NCBI GenBank assembly: GCA_001687465.1
Contig: LVLI01000643.1
Coordinates: 62,001-105,800, forward strand
Direction: 5' to 3'
Length of the DNA: 43,800 nt
Source: Halocafeteria seosinensis
Taxonomy: Eukaryota
Each line of letters opens with the position of its first letter. Positions within the stretch are counted from its first letter, which is position 1. The notes beneath the pieces are model-generated. The model was not told where the DNA came from and made no database searches. It saw only the letters and a program-made list of their open reading frames with translations. Shown one piece after another: positions 34,832 through 43,800 of the stretch. Position numbers and translations under genes: made by a program.

Positions 34832-35332
34832 TATACTGGGCGAATATGTCAATGCCGTTCCGCTATAGCCTTTCTAGACATTAGCACATACGAGTCCTGT
34901 ACAGGAGGCTGCAAAATTACAATAGCCATTTGTCGTGCGTCTCTGTGTATAGTGTACTACCAGTCAGCACCCCTAGTTTACCAGGCGTGCATTGAAGTTA
35001 GCTCCAGTCAGGGCAGGCACTGCCAGGCAGCCGAATCAATTACGTTTGGACGCTGAGGAAAAGGCTAAGATGACAAAATGCGAAAGCACAAATAATCGAC
35101 CGTTGTGAGATATTGCAGAAGTGTGCGCCATTCCTCCATATTTCAGTTCAATGCAGGGAGGCGTTTTGGAAGTGCTCCGCCCTGGAAGTGCAAGTGAAGT
35201 GAATGAACATGGCCGCGCAAAAGAAACGGAGGAGACATTCAATGCATATGAGTAATATGAAATATCAAGTAGGAAGCACATGGTGGTCCTCCGAATGTTG
35301 GAGAGCACGAGCGTAGACGTAGACGTGCTACA

Positions 35333-35734
35333 CTAAGTTGTTGTCGCCATTGAGTCATTGCCAATTTCGTCTTTCTCTATAGTTGTAGTGCACAACACAT
35401 TGCATTGCTTGATAAACAAGAAATCTTCAATCATTCTAACACCGAGTAGCTGTGAGTTTCTCGAAGATGTGGGCAAAGCACGGGTTCGTCCACCGAACTT
35501 CCTCGCCATTGCGACCAACAGCTCCGTCCTTGAGCGACCTTTACCCTTTATCATCCTTATGTTTCTTCCTCTTTGGATGTTCGTTAGCAATGAGATGCGC
35601 ACAGGGTAGTTTGATAGGACGGTCATGTGGTCATAGAATCTGGGAGTAGATTGGTGCTGCAAATCGTGTGTTATCCAATTGAGAAGCGTGCGATACAAGT
35701 GTTTTATCGTCCTCTTTGCTTCCTCTCGGTCCAT
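35333..35734 (-). CDS. Possible small LYR-motif protein
   Basis: ATG-initiated 133-aa ORF with N-terminal IKHLYRTLL. The remainder does not clearly fit LYRM consensus. Confidence 0.3.
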   Translation of the reverse strand: MDREEAKRTIKHLYRTLLNWITHDLQHQSTPRFYDHMTVLSNYPVRISLLTNIQRGRNIRMIKGKGRSRTELLVAMARKFGGRTRALPTSSRNSQLLGVRMIEDFLFIKQCNVLCTTTIEKDEIGNDSMATTT

Positions 35735-36023
35735 TTTCGTATTTTTTCACACACCCTTCCCTTTCGAGGGTATTGTACAGGGGTTATATATTGCTCCCCA
35801 CTGGTGGTGGAAGACAAGAAAAACGTGGCAAGCCACGTAGAGGACTGTTCATTTGCCGAAGGAGGGATAACGGCAAGACGGGTCGAGGAGAAAGTGGTAC
35901 AAACGCGGTCATGTCTTCCGTATTACCTGCCAAGAGACCAAAGAGGAACTAGATAGGCAGCCATACAAGCACTAACGGTTTCTTTGGACGCAGTGGAGGA
36001 CCTCTTTGGAGCGAGAAAAGACC

Positions 36024-37706
36024 ATGAATGGGGCTTCAAGTGGTGCTGGCAAGGCCCACCACCGGCATTTCGTCAATGTCACTCACAGTCCTTCTTCAAC
36101 GGTAGTCCCTACGGCCCAGACAGCATCCCGTCTTACTGAAAGCTCTCCGCTGCGATGGAGCAAACGAAACGGACATGTGCATGTGACCGAAGATGCAGCT
36201 GCAGACAGCCCCTACAAGGAACATAGACGAGGGACCCCTCAATCACATTATTCAGAGACTTTAGGCGACAGAGCAGACGATGTCTATGGGACAGTGGTGG
36301 ACATACGGGATCTATTTCACTCCACAAAAAGGGAAGGAACCCCAGGACTGGAATACAGCGACCTCGAACAACGGAGTCGACCAGCTTTGAATGGCGGATC
36401 CGCCGCTGCAACTGCGAGCAGTCTCGACCACAGGCCGATGTCTAGTCCTCATACACAGGGCAGTGATACTTTCTATAAGGGACATGGGGGAGGTAACCTC
36501 CGCAAATGGGAAAGTGCTCCGGAAGACGGGGAGAATGGTGACACAAGGGTCGGATCTTTTGTTTCCGGCGGTCGAGTCTCTGATGGCAGAGACAGTCTTA
36601 GTCTCTCAGCCGACAGTTTTTCCGTTCGGAACCAGCGCCAGCTGAGACGGAAGTGGCGACAATCTAGACGGAAGGGTGGAAAGAATGCTCGTGATTCGTG
36701 GATTTTACGGTCGTTAGAATTTGAACAGTTTCTGACGACGTATATAAACGAACTTGAATACCAAGAGAACGCTTTTCAACGAAGATATACGACGGGAGCT
36801 GGTTGTGGTCGCCATTCTCGGCGCAGACATCTTGAAAGGTATGTCCGAAGAGCAGCCTCCGCAATCAAAGATGCAAATCGGCTGCAGGAGGTCCTCGCAA
36901 ATTCAGAAGTACCGGGACGGGACCAAAGAACCGTTTCGCACAAACCAGTCAGAGCCAAATCGGTGCCTCCAAGGAAACCAACACCACAGAGGCTGAAAAA
37001 TCCACAGGAATTGAGCCCTTCAACTACCGTAGGCAACAACCAATCCCAGTCTTCGCCGGCCAAGGGTGGCTCGTACTCCATGGTGCATGCACGGTACCGA
37101 AGGCCCCATACTGTTGAAGTTCCTAGCCGGACTGAGTTTTCGAATGGACTTCCCTTTGGAAAACTTCCGATCGAGTTGTCTATTGAAGAATACTTGGAGT
37201 GGGAAGCTCAGCACCAGGAACAAGGGAAATCTACCGCCAACGCTTTCCCTGAGCGAGACACTTCCCAGAAAGCATCTATAGAAAGGAGGACGGGACCAGT
37301 GGATGCCTTGGAAGGCACAGTTCCAGATATTTTCTGGAAGAGCGATAAGGGGGTAACGGAGGACGACGATGACACGGGTCTCCACGCGACTGAAGCACCA
37401 AATAGCGCTGGCGTGTTGGCAGGACGTGCCGCAGAAGTTGAAGACAGCGATTCGAAGCTTAATGCAGTTAGCGCCGCGTCAACCTTGATCGAAAATGAAC
37501 GCTCTCTTAGCGTGCCTCAACTTCAGGTCGACTCCAGAGTAATGTCGCACTCTCTTTGCCCTGCTGAGGATGCCCCTGAAGCGGCCACAGCGAACTTCCC
37601 CGAGCGTCACGTTCATGTGGCCCAAGAGCGCTCTTCGGACACCAGTTCTACCCGGGGTCGATGTTTTCGGTCGATGTTCAACTGTTGGCATGCTAAACAA
37701 AGGTAG
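36024..37706 (+). CDS. Hypothetical, largely disordered protein, single exon
   Basis: 566-codon open frame with first ATG at 36024. Ser/Arg/Gly-rich with one helical block (WILRSLEFEQFLTTYINELEYQENAFQRRY). No family recognised. Confidence 0.7.
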   Translation: MNGASSGAGKAHHRHFVNVTHSPSSTVVPTAQTASRLTESSPLRWSKRNGHVHVTEDAAADSPYKEHRRGTPQSHYSETLGDRADDVYGTVVDIRDLFHSTKREGTPGLEYSDLEQRSRPALNGGSAAATASSLDHRPMSSPHTQGSDTFYKGHGGGNLRKWESAPEDGENGDTRVGSFVSGGRVSDGRDSLSLSADSFSVRNQRQLRRKWRQSRRKGGKNARDSWILRSLEFEQFLTTYINELEYQENAFQRRYTTGAGCGRHSRRRHLERYVRRAASAIKDANRLQEVLANSEVPGRDQRTVSHKPVRAKSVPPRKPTPQRLKNPQELSPSTTVGNNQSQSSPAKGGSYSMVHARYRRPHTVEVPSRTEFSNGLPFGKLPIELSIEEYLEWEAQHQEQGKSTANAFPERDTSQKASIERRTGPVDALEGTVPDIFWKSDKGVTEDDDDTGLHATEAPNSAGVLAGRAAEVEDSDSKLNAVSAASTLIENERSLSVPQLQVDSRVMSHSLCPAEDAPEAATANFPERHVHVAQERSSDTSSTRGRCFRSMFNCWHAKQR

Positions 37707-37801
37707 CTGTATAGTTTTTACAAGAGTATGAAGTTATAATTACTGCTCTTCGTGCTGTATATTTGGCACTGATCCTGCTACATTCGAACGTTTCACTACT
37801 G

Positions 37802-40134
37802 TTATTCTTGCTTGTCCTGCTCTTCCTCTTTCTCTTCACTCTCCTCGCCGTTCTCGTCTGTCTCCTCTTCTTCATCATCCGTTTCTTCTTCTTCCTCCTC
37901 CTCCTCCTCTTCTTCAGCTGCCTCCGTGTCTTTCTGACCTTCCGTCGCACCGGCACTGCCGCCAGAGGCTCCTTTGTCGGGGGCCTCTGATCCTCTCTCA
38001 GCTGCTACCGCCATGACGGATGCAATCAGAGTCATTATCATCTTCGGCTTTACGTCTACAATATCTTCCCATGACAAGAAGACAGTGGCTCCAATCTTAC
38101 GAGCTACACTAATGACATATCTAGCATTTTTCTTCTTCTCATCGTCCGTCGCTCCTGGTGTTATAAGTTCGGGATCAACGGCTCTCGGTTCTATCGTATC
38201 CAACAGATCCAGAAGAAATCGACCATCGCTGATGGATTTATCTCGGAAGCTATTGATCTTGGTGGTCTTACCAGCTTCTTGAACACGTTTGTTAGCCCAG
38301 GAAATTATTTGTTCATCCTTTGGAATCTTGCCACCACCAACTTCTTTCAAGGTCTCCAACACTTGCATCCTCATCAACTGCCACACAAATCCCAGAATGA
38401 GTTTGCGATTCTTATTATTAATATCGATGCCACCAGTCCCGGGAAGGCTAAAGCCTAATTCTTTACCTTTGTCCACAGCGTAATTGCAGTTTCCAACCTG
38501 ATTAAACTTATTGAAAGCTTTACCCTCTTTGGGACGGCTGACTTTCTTTTGATCGATAGTGTTGGGTTTCAGGTAATCCATGGTATCCAAGAGAACTGTG
38601 CCATCAGCAAGCTCATCGATGAGATTGTGAACATAAACGTTTCCACCTCGCAAGTTTAATGAGTTCATCCACATGCGGAACGTTCTCTCCTCGCGAGAGT
38701 CATTGTCATCATCTTCTAGTTCCTTATCCGCTGTCTCGAATTGGGCCTTGTACTCTTCTTTTTCCTTTTCATCTTCCACTAAACCAGGATTCTGATTGAA
38801 CATCTGAGCGCAAAATGCCAAGTTAAGCCTCTTATTTCCGGATGCTATATCACGGGGTTGAATGAAGGTCTCGACACCGAGCCTCTTCGCTTCTTCAATG
38901 ATCTTCTGGGCTCGCTCATGTGGATCCTCTTTTGCGAGAATTTCATTTCTGAGCTCGCCATTTCTGTCTTCCACAGAGTCTAACAGATTTGCATAAACTT
39001 CGCCATTCTTGACATCCGAAGAGAAGTTCTTCATCTTTTGTGATGAATCCATGTGTTGAATATGGTGATTGATCCAACGGAGCAGCACATCTTCGGCTGG
39101 CAGCTTCATAAAGTCCTGCAATTCTTCTCCCTCACGCAAGAGCTTGGCTAATTCTGGGCATTCCTGCAAATTGATTTCAGAGAGAAGCTGCATCTTCACA
39201 ACCTGCCATACAACGCCAAGAACGAGGTATTCCTTATGCTCTTCGATAGTGTTCATGAAGTCCGCCGCATGGATGTTGACGACATGACAGCCAATTGCTT
39301 TTGCCGAGTTGATCACCAAGTTTAGGTTCTCCTTCGTCTCCCAGGGATTCAGTTTCTTCCCTTTCTTGGGTACGTTAAGAGTACGCTCATCAATCGTGTC
39401 AGGTTGAGTCAAGTTAATCAACTTCCTGGAAGATCATTGGTAGTCGAATTCGGTGAAACAAACATCAATCTACATGTTGCAAAGACACTGGGCACACACA
39501 CTTACGCCAGCAAAATACCGTCTCTTAAACTCTCAAAAAAATTCTCGGGAGATTGAGGATCGATCGGAATGTAACTGCGTTCTGTCAGGTATTCATCCCG
39601 CTTTAAACAATTATTCAGATGCTCGGCGAAAGCCACCTGTCATCAGATGATAGTCATGTTATCGAGAACCATCAAATACTCGCATTGAATTAGTAACATA
39701 CTCGTTCTTCATGGGCATATGTGTGGACCCCGACAGCCCCCGTTACCTGGTTCAGGAATCCCTGCTGAGTTCTTCTCTTCTGCCGACCCTTCTTATTACT
39801 ATGAGCCACATAAAGCTGCGGGGTGTAGACGATGAAAACGTGAAGATCACTGGTGGGCGTTGTAGCTTTTAAGGGGTAGCCAGGTACGTACCTCACAGAA
39901 CTTTTGAAAACTCAGCTTGTCAGAACCGTCAGTCACCAACTCAAGAAGAGCGCCTGCATCTTCATCCGTCACAGTCGTTCCTATGATTTGCTTCACAGTG
40001 TTTTTATTCGCGGGCACTTGTCCGTCCTTGTCAGCTCGGTCACGGAATTCTTTGCACACTTTTGGAGCTGCATGCGCGTCAACCCCGTATTCAGTGGCCC
40101 GGTCGGTAGTGATACCACCAGCTCCTGACGACAT
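37802..40134 (-). CDS. Fimbrin/plastin actin-bundling protein, 4 coding exons
   Basis: Exons 40134-39892, 39815-39702, 39636-39506, 39425-37802. EF-hand-like headpiece, then EERVAFAEHLN, DGILLAKLIN...PDTIDER, NSAKAIGCHVVNI, LPAEDVLLRWINHH, REERTFRMWMNSL and NARYVISVARKIGA, i.e. four CH domains. Confidence 0.96.
37830..37916 (-). repeat. GAA/GAG-rich low-complexity tract encoding the acidic tail of fimbrin
   Basis: The plus strand reads ...tttcttcttcttcctcctcctcctcctcttcttc..., which translates on the minus strand as EEEEEEEEEEETDDEEEETDENGEESEEKEEE. Confidence 0.9.
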
Positions 40135-43100
40135 TGTTTAGGATTCTTCGACACGATTATTAGCAGTTACGATTCTTCCAATTCCCAGCAACAAGTTGAA
40201 CTTTGCCTGTGCAAGTACGAAAACACGGAGGTAAAACGACAAAAAGCACCAGGCAACAGCCCGTCCCTTTGAAGTCCCCTGTCACCAGACGAGATGACAA
40301 CGAGTTCTCCCCCACGAAAACCAGCATGAGATTGCCACGGACGACAAAGCCTCTGAGAGCCAAATAACATAGGCGATCCGCCACACACTTGTGTAAACAC
40401 AAATACACCTTCTCCCGAAGGCCACGGTTGAGCCCGAAACCTCAGGTTGGAGAGAGACGCCATGATACCGCCCCGCACTGAACAGCCAAGTCATCCACAA
40501 GTAAGTACAAAAGAGAAGCCAGAGCCCTTCCTTCCTATGCAAAATCATGCTCTCTTGTACCTCTGGCTCCTTGTATACTTCTCCAGCGCAAAGACAAGCG
40601 CGCGGGCAAGACTTTCTTGTAGAAAAGAGGGACAGGGCTGCAGTTTTGCCGCGAAATAGGGAAGCTGGAAGAGAGTCTTCCCGACACACACAAATCCAAT
40701 ACGCCTCTAGTGGTCTTCAAATCGCACGAGGGCACTCGGAAAGAGGTATAGAAAAGGTGAGGGCACTTAGATCGCCTATGTAGCCGTCCAACCACGTAGC
40801 CTCAACGGAAAAAATCCACAACCGGTTGACTAGCTGACCAACACCTTCATGTTGACAGCAAACGTACTTACTTCAGATAGCTGCCGATGCAAATGAGCGG
40901 ACTGATTGTTTCCTGATATTGAAAAGCGAATCAACGCGTCTCGGTCACATGAGTGAGTTTATTTTCTTCCAAGCCGCAAGCTTGGGCCCGGCCGGGCGGA
41001 ACGCCCGGATATTCGTGAAGTCGCTGCAGTGTTTATGGCCAACAATTATGGCCGCCAATTGGGCCAACACTGCATTCACCAGCTGAATCACGTCTTCGTT
41101 GCTCAGATTCCCAATTGATATCGCAATTTCTGCGTTCAGCTTTGGATCCAAGCGCATACTCACATGTATTTCCTTGCAGTGCCTTGCGCACTGTGAACCC
41201 AAGCGAAGTGCACTGAGCAACTTCAATCCACTTTTATGGTTGGCACTGATGATTGGGAATCCGAACGCAATTCGGGAACTCGATGAATGGTAGGATGGTA
41301 TGTATCGTCTATTGCACACTTAATGTGTGTTGTGTGTTCTACAGCCGAGAATGAGCCGTAGAAGGGTGTTGGGGTGAGCGAAACTTCGACTCGGAGCTCC
41401 ACAGTACAAGTGGTAGTGTCTGTAGTGTGTATTATTTATGTTCCACAACTGTGATCCAGACCCAAAACTTACAAACAACATGGAGAGGGTGAAACCGCCG
41501 GTGTCCCGCAACAACGATGAACATCTACTATATAGCAAATTGTTGAAAGCTGAAGTGCTTATTCAGGAGTATTGGTCCCTTGCTTACTGGTACTTACAAT
41601 CCAGCGAACTACCTAGAGCTCCGCTACAGCAGTATCAGCATTGAACGGCTATATCAACTCTTTGTTTTTTCCACTACACTCCATGACCATTCCCTATCAG
41701 AAATTACTAAGATTGGCACTCAATTTGGGGAGAGTTATCACATTTAGAGGCAGGTCTTCATAACGACAGGAACAAGCAGTAAAGTTCTGTTCTGTGGGGC
41801 TGAAATACAAGTTTTAGGTGGACAATCAGTAATAGTTTCGATTGTGTTGCATTCTGATAATGGGGTTTCGGGCTGGAGAGATACTAACATGACGCAGAGC
41901 AGCATTTAATTTGATGAAAGGACAATTACTGCAGAGGTCAACGAATGGTGAGTATTTTCTGCAGGCGTATTCACAGTTGAGACGCGCCATTGGTGGTAAG
42001 CAGAGGATAATAGCCCTATGGTGGCTCCCATCTTCGTCCTCGCCAACGGCAGGCAGTTCCATGCAGGCCAAGGAGCGAACAACAATGCCAGGATTCTGAC
42101 GACATAGGATACCTACATCTTGTTCGCTCCCTTGCCACCACGTTCAGGTACACGATTAACCTTGTCATTGCCAACACACAATGGTTGCTGAACACGACAA
42201 CATTTTACAGTTGTACAATTGTACAATGTACGATTGTAATGCCTTCAGAAAAGCGAAAAGCAGCTGCGACCCAGTGACCACCGTGGGTTGCACACTGGTT
42301 TTACAATCTGTAAGTCCATCAACTTATGCCGGTGTGGCTGCGCATCGACATGCATTCAGCCAACGATGTAAGCTGCATTGGCCATCATGGGCCATGGTAT
42401 TCGTCAACTTGAATTTTTAAGTGCAAGTGCCCAATTCTCTCTCAGCCCTCAAAAGGCAGCATGTATGAACCACCCCCACCGAAGCCGCGGTTTTATTCTA
42501 GTGGTTGCCTCAATGGCTGCTGCAGTTGTACGCACGAAGACTGTATTAGAAGTCCGAAGCGTTGGACAACTGGGGTAGGGTCCCCCGGACCCGTAGGGCT
42601 CCCCGCTGCGACCAACGACTTGGCGACTCCTCGCCACACGCGTTGTCGCTACCAGGAGCACTGCTACAACCATACGTTCGAGGCGTATTGGAGGAAAGCA
42701 TCACTAACAGGCTTATGCTTCGGGCGTTCACTAGAATCGGCGATAGCTTGGATTAAAAAGGGCACAGAACCCAAGAACAGACTCCCACGTAGCAAAGAGC
42801 CAGTGTTCGCGGGAAAACCCATGCATATGGAAGAAAACAGTGTATTCGTGATGACAAGAGCAGACGGACTAAGAGGAGGCTCGCTGTAAACAAAGGAAAA
42901 AGTTTTGTTGCCGATACGAGGAAGGCTTTTTGGGGGCAGGGATCGAGGAGGTGACGGGTCATGAACAGCACCACCACCAGCACCGGGGAGTTCACGGACC
43001 TGCCGCGCCTACGGTCATATCCCTCTCCCAACACTGACCCACAAGGCATCAGCTTATGTTTGGAGCAGACCCATCCACGGCGCAGCCGATATGCGCTAGT

Positions 43101-43800
43101 GCGACACGAAAGAAAACGCCTCACGGATGGGACGTTAGACTTCTTTTGGGAAGTCTTTGATGGAAGCACCAGCGCTTTCGAACGGCAGATAGGATCGGTT
43201 CTACACTGTGCACAGAAGTTGACGAGCATCATGGGTGTCCTTGGAGTTCGAATTGTTCGAGTGACAAGCAGGCTCACCTTACACAACCACTACCTGAAAT
43301 GGGCACATTTGTGGTCAACTGACTTGCCTTCTAAAGGCATCGCAAAATCACTAGCTCAAACAACTGTGATGGTCGGTCTAGTACCGATATTCGTGAGCTT
43401 ATTGGTTACGTGCCTCCCGCTTCATGAGCTTAGAAAGCCTGTGGGAACAGATGGGTTCTTGTCCGCAGCTGCTTCCGGCGGCTGGATGCTTCAAGTGAGT
43501 GAACTGCTAAATTCCAAGTCGCTTTGTCTACTTACAGCTCGTTGTATTTAACGACAGGCAAGTATTAATGTCTTTCTCGCTTCCTGTATTTTTTTCGGTA
43601 CGTCGCATACTATTATTGGTGCAGTTACTGTTCACTGACTCAGGTGCATCTTTTCCACGCTGCAGGGATGCAATGTCTTTACCTGAATCAAACTGATCAC
43701 TTTTATTTTCGAGCATGGCCTTCCTTCGTTCATCTCTTTCTGTTTTTGATTGTTCAAGACATTATCCCAAGGGCACTAGGTGTTTTTCCTGTCCCCTTCC

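Noticed and set aside
37763..37990. Very hydrophobic 75-aa plus-strand ORF resembling a membrane peptide, and the Lys/Arg-rich minus ORF 37693-37956
   Set aside because: Both are alternative readings of the GAA/GAG tract encoding the fimbrin acidic tail.
1679..40134. CHMP2, DOCK, CDPK, LIMR and fimbrin as a phagocytosis/membrane-trafficking gene cluster
   Set aside because: They are interspersed with unrelated genes on mixed strands. Such functions are common, and there is no synteny or co-expression evidence.
1..43800. Prokaryotic systems (CRISPR, operons, defence islands), non-canonical introns or an alternative genetic code
   Set aside because: The sequence is eukaryotic. All reconstructed introns are GT-AG, TAA, TAG and TGA all serve as stops of conserved genes, and no spaced direct-repeat array was seen.

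Overview
This is gene-dense eukaryotic nuclear DNA from a protist. A flagellated heterotrophic stramenopile is my inference from gene content, not a database result. About 15 protein-coding genes can be reconstructed by hand, most split by short GT-AG introns of about 57-88 nt. Recognisable genes: ESCRT-III CHMP2/Vps2, an EngB/YihA GTPase, a mitochondrial-type Sel1-repeat protein, a multi-pass membrane protein with an internal class I methyltransferase-like domain, a 3000-aa divergent DOCK-family GEF, a CDPK, a Fe-alcohol-dehydrogenase-fold protein, a LIMR/LMBR1 membrane protein, an ODA-DC1-like coiled-coil protein, EMC6 and fimbrin. There are also several orphan ORFs and an unexplained gene-poor 3.6 kb at the right end. 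I found no rRNA, tRNA, CRISPR array or recognisable mobile element, and no clearly novel multi-gene system. The best leads are three proteins with degenerate catalytic motifs (membrane methyltransferase-like, Fe-ADH-like, DOCK DHR-2) and a DELE1-like mitochondrial Sel1 protein. All family calls come from motif recognition by eye.
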